Origin: Bugula neritina
Taxonomy: Eukaryota; Animalia; Bryozoa
Length of the DNA: 64,000 nucleotides
Direction of reading: 5' to 3'
Assembly: GCA_964035545.1 (NCBI GenBank)
Contig: OZ037769.1
Span: 6,181,929-6,245,928 of the forward strand
Shown here in pieces: positions 1 to 17,940 of this stretch. The stretch's first letter is position 1. The number at the start of each line of letters is the position of its first letter. A program made the position numbers and the translations under genes. The notes below the pieces were generated by a model that saw only the letters and a program-made list of their open reading frames with translations, was not told where the DNA came from and made no database searches.

Positions 1-263
1 TTCTCCTTAAATTACCAATAATATGCTTAGAAAATGTGCGTATGTGCTTGCATATACATATACATAAGTAGGTGCGTGTATGAGGGTGTGCGTATGTGCA
101 TTTGGGTCTTAATAGCTTTTTAAAGCGTAAGTTGTAACTTAGAAAATAACTGCTAGATTCAGTGTCCACAGAGTCAAGTCAAGTAGTATAGGCAGGAAGT
201 AAACAATGCAGCAAGTCGAACTGACAATACAGGAACAGTTGTAACATAAAACTAAAAACTCAC

Positions 264-1517
264 GTAAAGAGTTGGTTGCTTGTACTTCCAGCCAACATAC
301 GAATTAATGTGTTTGATGTAACACAATCTGTTAATGTCCTCTGTGGGCATAAAAATATTCTTTCTCATGCCTGAGCTATGAAATATTCTAATAGCTTCTT
401 CATCCACAGAAATATATTCCTGCATTGATATTAAGTTTCAATTTCAAACTTGCATTTCAATTGAGCATAAATTTTCAAGACTATATGTTGAAAATGTTTA
501 TTAATTGTTTAATAACGAGTTTATAGCAACACCCTGCATTAACATTAATTATTACCATTCATATTAGGCAACATTATTCAATGAATCAACAGATACCAAA
601 TGTAATTCAAGTTTATAGTAATTTTTCAAGAAGAACAAATAACAAACTTAAATATAACAAAAGAAAACTCGTTGTACAGTACTGATATAACAGAAAGATA
701 TTAAAACTCACATCTGTGGTTGTGTTATGAAATGCAGTAGTGATGGCATTTCTGTGCATTATTTGTCTTTGAAAATGAACACCGTGTGACACATGCCGCT
801 GTTTTACATCATTCTCAAGACTAGCATTGGCAGTGTCTAAGATTGTTTCTCTCAAACGGTTCCATAAGTAGCGAATCCTAAGACACATTCAATGTGACTA
901 ATAAGCGAATATAAATTTCAGTAAACAGTGTTGTAAGTAGCAGACTACTGCCTACTCAGTAAAGAAGTCTAGCAACATAAAATCTACTTACTACTTTATA
1001 AATAGAAAACATTCAGTAATGCAATAACAATCAAACCCTGATTAAACAAGTAACTTGGATAACAGAAAAAGATATTCGAGAAGTTTTTGCAAATAGTGTT
1101 AGCAGCTATAAATACTACACAGAAACAGGTTAGCAGAAGACCAGAAGACTCAAGACTGGGTCTATTTTTAGTTTACCGTAGTTTGAGCTCCACTCGGCTA
1201 AATTATCACAAAAGAAATTAACAAAATAATAGTTTTAGGTTTTAAAGCTAACGTTCTATAAGGCAACATGTTTCCCATTTCAAAAAGTAATAATTTGCTT
1301 ATATGGTTAAACCTTCATTAATAACTAAACTCTAAAATAACGCCATCAACTCATTATCTTAGTATTTCACTTTACCAGTACCTTCATCAACATTCAAAGA
1401 AATTAAAAAACAATACTTTAAACTTTACCGAGCCGCTTTGATTTCTTCACCTCTCTCATCTTTTACTTTCTCAGACCCAGCACTGTTAATTCTTTTGCTA
1501 TTTTTATAGTCTTTCAT
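264..1517 (-). CDS. WD-repeat protein 97 (WDR97/WDR87)-like, first three coding exons; gene runs off the window start
   Basis: Phase-consistent GT-AG exons 1517-1429, 877-712 and 419-264 give MKDYKNSK...AARIRYLWNRLRETI...HVSHGVHFQRQI...YISVDEEAIRIFHSSG...SYVGWK. This resembles the WDR97 N-terminus as recalled (AR..LW..LR, L.HG, FV.lD, FVGW). Family assignment is from memory only. Confidence 0.55.
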
Positions 1518-3352
1518 GTCTAGCAAAAGCAGTAACACCCAGAGTCGCTTTTTAAATAAATAAATTCACCTAAAAATGTAATTCTCATCAATCATTAACA
1601 TAATTCTTATTAACATTTTGTGCTATGTCAGATTTTCAATATTTCTAGAAATTAAGTAATAAAATGTTAAGCTAGCTTATTGAAACTGTTATTTCATTAA
1701 TTATTCATTACTTGGCCACTCACATTTTTTAGCACAACTGTAATCAATTGATTTGATAAAAAGACTGTTTTTTTCGATAAACATACAACTGGTAGATCAA
1801 CTGCAATGGCTGAGTAATCCTAATCATAATTAAAATAAAATAAAAAATAAAATTACAGAAATACTTTTCAAAGTTATAGTATTACTATTATTGTAATGCT
1901 TAAAATAATAGTAATAATACAAATATATTTTCCTGACTTCACACTAAAATGTTTCTCAATAGCCCAAATATTTTAAATGATATGAATTTATTCGCAATCA
2001 TTATCATAGTTATAATAATAAATATTATGATGGACAAAAAGTATCAGAGTTCAAATAATAATGATAATTATATAACTTGACAATAATGATAACTATGGTT
2101 TTCATTAACAGTCATATTATTAACAATAGTGAAAATTATAGCAATTTGGTAACAACAATCATAAGCATAAAAACAATCACAGAGAATGACTATGAGATAG
2201 TTATAATAATTATTATAATCATTAGGTGTAATGATGCTTATAATCACAGCAATTATGCTACTAATAAAGTAATTCTAACAGTAGCGGTGATAAACAATCA
2301 GTATCTGTATGACTATGAGACTGAGAGTGAGTATGACCATCAGACTATCACTATGACTATGAGTATGAGCATCATAACCAGAATCACAATGATTACAATT
2401 TTTTAATGTTTAATCTCAAAAACGTGCTTTGGACAATTAACAGGGCCATTTTCAAAAATAAATATATGTATAAGTTTTAGGACACTTACTTTTTTACAGT
2501 GAATAATTTTTAATTCCTGTTCTTACAATGTGAATGTCAACACTAACATATTATAGGACTTCATGGTCAGCCATTTAATGGTCACTATGGAGCAGTCTCG
2601 AGGACTATCGGGGAACCTCGTTAGGAAATATCCCAAAAAGTACAGTCAGTTATAGAGTTGTCTTTTATTGCAATATACTCCTTCAATACGCGAACAATAA
2701 CGAAATAGTTATCTAAAAGAGTTGTCTTCTTAATTTTACTATGTTGTTGAATAGACAACTACGTATAAAGTTTTGACGCTTACTTGATAAAAAGGTCTTG
2801 CCGGGGTTACTAGACTTATTTGCTAATAATTGAAAACAAATGGAAACTCTATCATCTATACTTTCATACTTTACCACAGCAATTTACTGCAATCTGGACC
2901 CCTACTCCGGCCGAATGACAAGAGAGCCTCATTGTATTGTAGCATCAATGCTGACTTATCTCCGAGCAACATGCTGGTTTTGCTATTTCTCATTTTTGCC
3001 CAAGTTCTATGACAATATATTATATTTTGCTAGCTTGGAAAGTGTGTAAAATAAAATACAGTAACTATACGAATAGGTTTATAAATTATTAATCTCAATA
3101 CATGCGTTATATTGCTGAAACTACGCAGCAAACAGCTTCTGCTGTTTAGTATAAGCAAAATTTTACCTTTTTAAGCATAAAATTTGCCATCTTATTAATT
3201 GATTCCAGTATAAAAATTTATGCATTTGTAGTATGATTTAATATATTATGTTAAATTGCTCAATGTGATTATATATTTACACGCAGTACAAATGTTTATA
3301 CTTGTTATTTACTTGTATAGGTACAGTTTAATTAACTACTAGAAAGGCTAGC

Positions 3353-3692
3353 CGGGGCTGTCCAACAGGCGGTCTCAGGGCCGGATGTGACACCCAGCCT
3401 ACATTTATGTGGCCCTCAGAGGTAAAACACATGAAATTATTTTTGCACTGTATATGAATTAGAATGGAAAACCACCTTTGAAATATCTTATTTATACACA
3501 TACTACAAAACATGCAGCCTGTAGTCACTATTTAAACTTTATTGTGTGATAATTCGTAAGAATTTGAAACAAAGTAACTTGAAAAACACTGATGCTATTG
3601 ACCCAAGCTTAATCTAAAGTTGACAATGTGGCCCTCGCCACCAAAATGTTCCCTTTTAGTGGCCCTAGCTCTGAAAAGGTTGGACACCCCTG
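3353..3692. mobile_element. Non-autonomous hAT (Charlie-like) MITE, copy 1
   Basis: TIRs cggggctgtccaac ... gttggacacccctg match the CAGGGGTGTCCAAC type. There are internal GGGCC motifs and CTAG-containing flanks. A homologous inverted copy lies at 21376-21674. Confidence 0.85.
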
Positions 3693-4481
3693 CGCTAGAA
3701 GATAAAATTATTATATTTGCATGATTCATATCTTCTAATAATTTGTAGGTTTGAGATTACAAAAACTTTGGTGATGATGATACAAAACTTATATTAAATG
3801 CAACCATTCCAAGATAAAAAAAACACTATAAAACTTTTCTTTATGTGAAATTATATAATAGTTGCAAAGTTTTATAAACTACACTTTTATACAATATTTA
3901 AAAGGTTGATGCCAACAAAAAGCATTAAAGAATATGTCACAGATATATATCTTGCCTGTTGACTAGTGTTTAGATTTTTAAAGTTCGTTTCTATTACACA
4001 CAACCTACAATTTAACATGTTGTTTTTGTATTTGATTCATGAAATTCAGAAGCATAAATTCACATTCACTGGAAACAATAGCGTGTAATTATATAATTCA
4101 TTTTCAACTGAGTTCAATGAAAATAACTGTAGCAAGAAAAATGATACTCTATGATTGAATAGCCACTTGTAAAAATCAAAAGAGTAACTGTCAAACAAAA
4201 ATACTCCATTTTGAATATAAAAGATTAAAATCAGAACTATATAATTGTAGCATTCAACCTATGAATAGATTTAAAAACAAATGTCGTATTGTCCTTGAAT
4301 GATAGACAGAACAAAGTATGCTTGGATAACTGAATTAGGTTTCTTGAAAACAAGATTTCATATCAGTTACGATCAGTGTTTACGATTGCACATATATAGC
4401 AAAACATTGCATAACAAAAGCAAAAAACTTTACAGTCAGGCATTAGATGTGTAGAGGTGGAGTTTTAAATTGTTGAAGAAA

Positions 4482-8658
<4,177 letters not shown>

Positions 8659-9058
8659 TTATTGTTAAGACAAGCCTAATGTAAATAGTTTGGTTTTCAT
8701 CTACAGCATACGAGAGAACACAAATCTAGTTAACAAACTGTAACACATATATGTATGATAAAATGATATAAACTATATTAATCTCGCATATATTGTTTAC
8801 CCAAACACCAGAATGATGAAATATGAAAAGGAATATACAATATAATGTACAATGGACCAACGGACACGAGTATATTATTCACAAAAAATAACCATAAAAT
8901 TGTACAATAACATAAAATTTATTAATTCTCCGCAAAGAACAACTGGAGCGTGAGTAAGTTGTTTTGCAGGTGAACTAAAAGAAAATATATTGTGACTGAC
9001 TAATACGCTGTACAGAGTAAACCTATGATAACATCAGCTAGAGTGAACGAGTTTATTG

Positions 9059-12000
9059 TCAACAGTTTTCAAGTTTAGGTTTCTTGCTGTCAACTGGATA
9101 ATCAGAGTCAGCTAGTCTCTTCAGCATCACTCTAGCTTTACCGGCAGCGTGATGCACCAGAATGTGTTGCTGATAGACCAACCTGCTGACTGGTTTCTCA
9201 CAGCAGAGGCAGAAACGGAATGGATGGACAGTTTGCTCATGTTCCTAGCAACACATAACATGATCATATAGTATGCAGTGATTAGAATATAGTATACAGT
9301 CATTAGAATAGAGTATAGAGTCATTAGAATAGAGTATAGAGTCATTAGAATATAGTATACAGTCATTAGAATAGAGTATAGAGTCATTAGAATAGAATAT
9401 ATAGTCATTAGAATATAGTATACAGTCATTAGAATATAGTATACAGTCATTAGAATATAGTATACAATCATTAGAATATAGTATACAGTCATTAGAATAG
9501 AGTATATAGTCATTAGAATAGAGTAGACAGTCATTAGAATAATCAGTTTGCCGATTTCCTATCAACCCACAACCATATATAGAAATCAAAGTATCGTGCA
9601 ACATTTCAACACAGTTTTTCAAAGATGCTAAAACTAGACTGAAAATCTCAATCTATTGACATCTATGCTCATCTCTTCAGCAAGTTCATCTCCTCAGCAA
9701 GTTCATACCCTTAGCAAGTTCATACCCTATAAAGTGGAGAAACATGCTAAAGTCATGACAACAGCTTACTTTTAGCCCTTGTTTAGTGCTGCATTGAGAT
9801 CCACACAAGTCACACTTGTGTACGTGACTTAGGGCGCAGTGTCTGGCGAATTCTTGAGAAGATCCGAACTTTAGCTTGCATATTGAGCAGAAAGGCTGGA
9901 ACTACAATATAAAAGTTCATTACTAGCTAATAACACATCCTTGGTGCACATTACACACTCACTCATTGACTTCTACCTAGAAATTAAAATGTTTTTCCTT
10001 GTTTTTTACCCAGTCGACATAAAAAAGTGCTTCGATTAAAATTAAAGAGAAACAACTGGCAAATTACTCACTCATAGTACAAGTTGAATGTTTCCTGAAT
10101 GTGATTTTCATATCCCCGATATTTCAGTTAGAGCATGACTACAGATGACGATGGCACGATTACCTGCCAGGTGGAATTAAACACACTAGGAGAAGGCAGC
10201 TCTCAGACTAACCTTAATGTTGGTGACACTGGCACTAGCTAAACCAGCCAATCCCGTCATTTTAAGCCTGTGTTCCGTGGCTAGATGATTCTGTAGCATA
10301 TCAACACTAGGAAATAGCTTGTAGTGACAGTGCATTGATATACACCTCTTCAACTCTACCATTTTCTGCAACCACAAACATCATACATTAGAGTTATCAG
10401 TCCTTCAATCTAACCACCACCAGCTATACGTTACAAAAGGCAATACCTAAACATTGTAAACATCTTCTCCTTATTGAACAGGCAACAGGTTCAAAATAAA
10501 TCAATAAAGATTTTTGCTATTTGTTTGCTATTCTAAGTGAGCCTGTTATTTTATTAGAAGAATTTGAATTATAAAACCAGGCCATTACTGGTCAATATAA
10601 ACTGTATCATTGTTCAGTGCTCTTGTAGGCTTTGCAGTTCCAGACGCCTTGGCTGAGCAACGATTAAACAATACCCACAATAGTGCCATTAAACCAACTA
10701 GTAGATGATGCAAAACCAATGAGCTATTTCTAGCAATAATACATGCATATATATAACATAGTCTGCCCTGTAACAATCTGTACAGAGTACAATAAAACAT
10801 TGTATGACATACTAGACCCACTATAGACTACACAGCGCAATGAGCTCTATGCAAGGCATGAAGAAGGCAGCAGAACTGACCTTGAGGTCACTGAGGTGTT
10901 TAGCTAGCAGGTGCTCAACTAGTGTAGTCTGAAATCCTTTCATACACAGGAAACAGGCAGAAGAACTATCTGGTACTTTTACAACCGATTTGCATGTCTA
11001 AAATATAACAATATTTTGTAAACGCTGCGATATGCTGTACCATAATGACATACAATACTCACACTTATATATTACAGTATTATATTATACTAACTATTCT
11101 ATCTGACTATATAAATAATACTCACTGATATACGCACAGCATAATATTACTATATACATAATATTTATTGATATACGCACAGCATAATATTACTATATAC
11201 ATAATATTTACTGATATACGCACAGTATAATACTACTATACACACAAAACACTATGTATTAACACATGTATCAGCACGATGACGAAATATTTACCGTCGT
11301 GTGTTTAGCCAATCCCTGGACAGTCCACAGTAACTTGTCACAGCCGTCCTTGGGGCAGCGGAAAGCGGGATTCTTCAGGTGTGTGATGTTAGTGTTGTGA
11401 CACCATTGCATGTGTACCTTCAGAGCCTGCACTCCCTGTATCAACCCTTCGCATATCTCACAGGTGATGACATCACCCTGCAACACACAGCCAGAACATA
11501 CAACACATACTACTACTCCGACCTTAGAGTGACCTTCACTGATCTACACGGTACTTGGAGTTATGTACTTACGGCGATTGTCTTCCCTCCAATTTGAGCA
11601 ACGACTGGCATGAGATTAGTTGTGTTGGTAGCAACTCTCGGCTGGCCCGCTGATACTTGCAGCTCTGAAAATATAATGGCAGCGCTCACTAACTAGAAGT
11701 ATCCGAGGGGACAACTCCTTTCACAATTCCACTAGCAGTGAGTATTCATACTCGTTAATCACTAAAATAGCTATTGGTCATAAGTCTGTCTAATATGTAG
11801 AGGGGACTTTTTATTTAATTACTACTGTCCACCATTCACAGTAGATTGAAGCTAGTATGGTAGTGTAATGGATAGTGATGGTTCACCACACATTGCATCG
11901 TTAGTGGATGTTGTAAGGGTTCAAACTCAAATAGTGGCATATCTTTCTCCATTTTGTAACATTTACATTAAATAATACAGATAGCAAAATGGTGGCAATA

Positions 12001-12752
12001 ATTATCATCATTAAACTTATAACCGTATTCCAAAAGAAAGAAAATAGATGTTTTAGAGTAAGCACATATACAAGCTGACAAACAGCGAAAGGATGAGATT
12101 TTTACTATAAAAGTAAGTTTACAGTACGCTGCCTTACTTGTAACTGCTGCTGGCACTACTGGCTTGGTGACCAGAGGTGTTATGACTCTAGACTTGACTG
12201 GAACACTGGCACTATTGGGTAGAGACTTGGTAGAATTAGTAGCGTGATGAGATACTACGACAGGTTGTCCTAGTATAGACTGGGGCTTGAACATATTCTC
12301 CCCCAGGGGGGTGTGGGATATTGAGTCAGGCTTTAGATTGTTATTCAATTGAAACGAGTTGCTGCAGTTTGCCATATGAGTCTGAAAATACATGAAATGT
12401 ACTATATGCACTTTCTTTGCATTCATACAAACAGAAATGATAGACGAGTATATTATTATGATGAAGCTATCCAATCACCAGGCTCTCAACTCAACAAATT
12501 TTGTAAGAAACCTAAAATAGGTGCTTTTGCTGCCTTGATAAACCAGATGACGCAGTAGTTGCAACTGTAGCTGAGAGAAATTATTTAGTACTTCGGGATT
12601 AAATACAAGGTTTCCCAGACTTCTATGTGTTAGACTTTAAAGTCATATACTTGATTTGATAAATAGTAAGCTACAATATATAATCACTTGGTGCGTCTAC
12701 TTATTGGTTAATGAATTTTATATCATTATGAATGCTCAACAGTAAAGGGTAA

Positions 12753-12791
<39 letters not shown>

Positions 12792-15338
12792 CAGCAGTAG
12801 TAGCAGTAGTAGCAGTAGTAGCAGTAGTAGCATTAGTAGCATTAGTAGCAGCAGTAGTATTAGTAGCAGCAGTAGTATAGTAGTAGCAGCAGCAGTAGTA
12901 GTAGTAGTATTAGTAGCAGTACTAGTAGAAGCAGTAGTAGTAGTAGTAGTAGCAGTGAGGGTAGTACTAGTAGTAGTATTAACTCACCTGTAATCTAACA
13001 CTGGTGTTTGTGTCAAAATGGCAAGTCTTACAACTAAAGAATGAAGCTTGCTTTTCAGTAAAGCCCAGAACACCATGGCGTTCCGTCATGTGGGTCTTAA
13101 AGTGGGCGGGGAACTGAGACGTGTAATTGTCACACCGAGCACACACTAGCTTCTGTCTCTGGTTTGTGTGGGCATGACTAAGATGAGTCTCTAGGGCTAA
13201 AATAGACTCAGTCTTGAAGCCACATGGCTTACCGTCAATTACACACGGACAAACCTGAAGTTGAAAAAACACAAATATTGAAAGCCCTAACAAAGTAACA
13301 GTTAATAATAAAGTAGTTTATGTGAAACTAAATGCAGTATAATATTGCAATGATCAACTAAATTTACAACATTAGTGAAAAGGAAAAGTTGAATATGAAA
13401 TTTTGTTCCAAGAGTAAAGACCGCCATTGAACATCAAGTGGAGTACCTTATCATAGACAAGATGCAGATCTTTGTTGTCTTTACGCAGATTGGAAAGTGA
13501 TTTCTGCAAGGACTGGTACTGTTCTTCACTGTATTTCTTGTCTCCCTGTTTTCTCAGCTTACCAACATGTTCAGACAAGCCTTCATATACCAGTTCTCTC
13601 ATCATAGACAGACCAACCTACAGGGTAAGACAACTCATCACCATGCGTATATTAGCAGAAGTACCAGAAATTTTTAAAACTAACAGCAAAATCAAAACTA
13701 TAGACATTTAGCTGCAGAGCTTTTACACTGATGATGATTATTGAATGAAGATGTTAAATGTAGAAGATTTAAAACTGGGAGACACACTGTTGGAAAATAT
13801 AGGATATCTGACGGAATATAGTATACCTGGTAAAGAAACTTGGACATGGGACGTAAACGAGCGTGCCCATCTTTAATATCTTGAGCACTGGGAGACTCAG
13901 TCGCGGGGACAGTTGTAGCAGATGGCTGGATGTTGAAGGATGTCTTGACATTCGTCCGCAATGGCGGCACTTGCGTGACTTTTCTCACCATGTTTGCCTT
14001 CTGATCCATTGTGTAAGTTATGACTTCATGCACTTTGAGAGGGTCGGATGGGTTCTTTGGCTGAATTTTAATTTCACACCTACAGATGGTTAGCAATTGA
14101 TAGGATAACTCCCATTTCACTATCCGAACAAAATACAGGAAATAAATTAATAGAGAACCAAATAAATGTGACAACTTAAGAAGCTAGAAACACTTACGTA
14201 GTACCTCCCTGTAGCAAGGACCTCTTGATAGTATCGGGCAATAGTGTGCTCACAATGTTAGCTTGTCTACGAGTGGGAGGAGCTACTTTCGCTTCACCCT
14301 GTTGCTCTAGAATGACGTTGGGTTGAGTCAATTACTATACAACTTGAGCACTTTTCAAACTAACTAATCACAGTTTTATATAAAAAAAGACTGAATTAAA
14401 CCAATTAATTATTTTCAATCACCATAGCAGCTGATTAACGTTCTCATCAGTAAAATAATTTATTTATATTCAATTTTAGAAAATCTGAAGAAAAAAAACA
14501 TAATTGGGAAGAACAATTCCAAATGAATATTAGAAAGCCTTCTTACCAGTTTTGCCGAGAGTTGATAAATTGGAAAGGTTTTCCGAATTGTCTTTTTGTC
14601 TCACAATAAGGCTTTTGCTAGAATGTTGAGTATTTTTCGATTGTAAACTGCCAGCTGTTTTGTCTAAACCTAAATCTGCGTGGTCTCCTCTCCCTACAGT
14701 GTTCTCAACGTCAGATTTATCAATAACAGAGTCACTCTTAGTATCAGCAAGGCCATCTTTACTAGATGTGTCAATATTATTGGAGGTATTTTCAGACAAC
14801 TTAGACTGTTTGCTTTCTGTATCATTTTTCTCACACAACTCTCCTCCGGATAAATTATCGGTATTAGCAATAATTTTATCTTCTGGCTGCTTAACAGTAT
14901 CATTTTCACTAGTTCCATTTATAACCGGTTTAATATTGTCACTAACTACATCAGTTTCAGCATCGAGTTTACCATCAATGCTATCTTCTGTCTCCATTTT
15001 CTCAACTTCCTGTACAGATTCTGCTGGACTTTCTAACCCACTTTTAGTAGAAGAACCTTCAACTTTCGAATCGTCATCTTCATTGTCAAGGAAAGTATCG
15101 TACTCCTTTTCATTGTTAGATTCCAGGAACAAATCTCCAGCCAACGCTGGCTCCACGGCAGACGTGGCATCTTTAGGTTTATCACAGGTGGGTGAAGGAG
15201 TAAATTCAGAGCAATTATTGACCCCTGGGAAAGCATTCACATATTAACATGGCAAAAATCAACCCATCAAAATCGGAACACAGAGTGATGCAGAATGGTT
15301 GAAAATAGAAACTGCAAGGATGGCCTACCTTCTCCCAT
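9059..15338 (-). CDS. MEP-1: MEP-1-like C2H2 zinc-finger protein (MOG-interacting and ectopic P-granules protein 1; Mi-2 partner), ~13 coding exons
   Basis: Exons approx. 15338-15329, 15224-14547, 14306-14198, 14079-13827, 13617-13447, 13254-12988, 12381-12138, 11664-11572, 11477-11295, 10997-10881, 10365-10213, 9901-9770 and 9244-9059. An acidic N-terminus is followed by FKTES.L.LE.HL...H, C..C...P...HM...HG..G..E...FF.C..C.F..N and CEICEG.I.....LK.HMQW.H, matching the recalled MEP-1 finger array. Confidence 0.8.
9268..9540. repeat. 21-bp minisatellite (~13 units; cattagaatatagtatacagt) in the last MEP-1 intron
   Basis: Direct tandem units. On the gene strand each carries TTCTAAT, and the array ends about 25-35 nt from the acceptor at 9245. 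Confidence 0.95.
12752..12978. repeat. (AGT/AGC)n trinucleotide microsatellite, intronic
   Basis: agtagtagt...agcagtagt run beside the MEP-1 donor at 12987. Confidence 0.95.
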
Positions 15339-16769
15339 TTTTAAGTTTGTATCTTTTTCTTTTTCCAATAATTCAGAATTACACACCAAAGATTTACTCT
15401 GCGACTGTTTTTTGACTTCAGAAGTTTCTAAAGCATGAAAACACATGATTTCACTGACACAGCATTACTGAAATATTCGAAACCAGAAACACCTCTCAAG
15501 TGTTATGCATGTAGACATTATATTCATTAATTTTCCTCCTGGCATTTGTGCGGCAAAATATGCAACCATAATTAATTCTACGCCATTTTGAACTTGCATA
15601 AAACTTTGAAACTATTAATGCGTTGAGTAATACTTTTAAATGTGAATAGAATAAAGCTGAACTTTAAAAGACCAATTAGCTGGGTGTTAGCTATAAGATG
15701 GTGTACAATAATGTCAATTACCTTCGGTTGACTCCATAACCATTCTATCTGGTGAAGAAATAGTCAACTGCATAGCTCTTTCAGCAATAATAAATTAAAG
15801 ATAGTTTCTCCGCCATCCTATATAAAAAATTCAACTATATTAGGTTTGGCGGTGAGACTATTGAAAGCTGCTCATAACCAACATGATTACTGCAATGTAA
15901 TGGTTTTTAAGCAAAATGTTTAGAGCATCAAAAATTACTATTATATTTCTCCTCAACTTCTCAGCAAAAAAGTACAAACTCAGAAGCTCCTAGTTTTGAA
16001 TTTTTTGGCTCTTTAAAACTTTTCAATGAAAAAAATGTCCCCTTACTAATTCGTAAAACAACTATTGACATATAGCTATACTTATGGGTATAAAAATAAA
16101 GTTAAAATATTATGATTAGAAACACATTATCTAAGTTGGCGCTTTTAAGTTTGTTCGATTCCAATATCAACACTTTGATACTAAAAGTTTTAAGAAATAA
16201 AACTAAGGAACTCATAAATACAACCTAATGCAATTGTAATTAAACTTTACAGATGGCTGATAAGCTTTACTTAAAAGCTACAGTTATTCTTAACTTTGTG
16301 ATAATACTAAAACTTATACAGTAATATTAGTAGTATCCATATGTTTATTGTTGAATCATAATTTTAATGTTATTATGACCATATATTTCTAATACTAATA
16401 GTAATACTAATAGCAATATCTATCAACAACTTTTATAAATAATAATTATAATACAAAATATCAATTTCCATACTGATATTTAATTTTTTTGCATTAAAAA
16501 TCCCATTGAAATTGATATTCCTACTAATCATTATGCTTATCAGTTATACTTATTAATATGTTATTAATATATGCTATAAATATGGTAATAATATTAGTAT
16601 GAGCATCACTATATTTTAATTTACAACCACGATCAATTTCAATAGATCAGAACCATTGTGATTGTCATTGTGATTTAGATTGGCATATATCAATTAACTG
16701 TAATATTAATAATAATATTTTTATAATATCATAATTATCAATATTTGTATCATGATGATAAAGATAATG

Positions 16770-17940
16770 ATCTTTATTTCGTGATCTTGATTGGGTTAAG
16801 TCCCAAGACCTCTTGGGAGAAAATAGTTGTGGGACCCTCGGATCTATCTAAGCTCAGAAATCTCCCACTATCTTTCCCGTACGGAGGGAGGCCAGTGCGC
16901 AGCAGGAAACCCTGCAGGTACAGGCTGGAATCGCAAGCTATATGTAGCATCGAAGATGTTAATACGAATATTTGTTATGGGTGGAAGATTTCATTAATTG
17001 AAGGGTGTTAATTAGGATTGGTAATAAATCCTCCTTAGCAGTAAGACGGGGCACAACAAGAAAATTCTCTGTGACTGTTTACGCTTAAGGTTTCTAGGCC
17101 TATTTCAAATTTGGCATCTGTTACTGAAACTTCTCTACCCTTTAATTTTTTAATGAACCTTACAGCCCTATTTTGAGTACCATCTAATTTTTTTATCAGA
17201 TTCTTATAGCTCGGGTCCCATACCTCAGCAGTATATTCCATGACAGGTCTACCCAGAGTTTTATATGCGAGGATTTTAACATTTTCTGGTACATTTCCTA
17301 GTGTGCTTGATTAGTCCCAACACTCTGTATGCCTTTGAGAATACATTTTCAATATGCTCATTCCATTTCAAATCTGCTGATAACAATAGTCCAACATATT
17401 TTACTAGTCCAGCTCTAATCAAGGGATCATCTCCTAATTTATCAATAAAGACGTTTTCTACATTTCCTGTGTTTTTACCAAAAGTGATAGCATTACTTTT
17501 CCTTGAGTTAAACTCCGTAATGTTTTCTTTTGCCCCTCTATAAAGTCTAGAAAGATCTCCCTATAATTTATGATGGTCATTTAGATCAGTAATGGGCAGA
17601 TAAACAAGAGTGTCATCAGCAAAAAAAAGCTTGATTGTACTGTGTGCCACGCAGTTTACAATGTCATTAATAAATAGAACGAATAACGTTGGACCCAGCA
17701 CACTCCCTTGTGGAACCCCAGAAGTGACTGATGCTAAATCCTAAGCTACCCCACCAATGACCACTCGTTGTGAGCGATCCAGTTAAGAATGATGATACCC
17801 ATCAAATACAGGAATTTATTTAATTAGCAACATCAATTTATTTACAAGAAGGTGAGGGTCGATCAAATCAAAGGCTTTAGAAAAGTCCAGCACAACTGCA
17901 TTTACTTTTACGAAATGTCCTTTATCTATATGCCTATGGC
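16770..17940 (-). mobile_element. Degenerate 5'-truncated LINE (CR1/L2 group): RT and C-terminal region plus 3' UTR
   Basis: Minus-strand motifs LDFSKAFD, SGVPQGSVLGPTLF, ADDTL and YKTLGRPVMEYTAEVWDP with frameshifts and stops. The 3' end has a hairpin cccaagaggtcttggg and an atcaag-like tail. Confidence 0.9.

Noticed and set aside
9127-9622. Repetitive ORFs (MTVYYIL / YSNDCIL)
   Set aside because: Translation of the 21-bp intronic repeat; the real exon (9244-9059) is in another frame.
11850-11950. Other Pol III A/B-box-like segments (also ~7795-7870 and ~52430)
   Set aside because: Probably old SINE heads, but I could not define a body, TSD or second copy.
14660-15247. 195-aa plus-strand ORF
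   Set aside because: Antisense shadow of the acidic MEP-1 exon.
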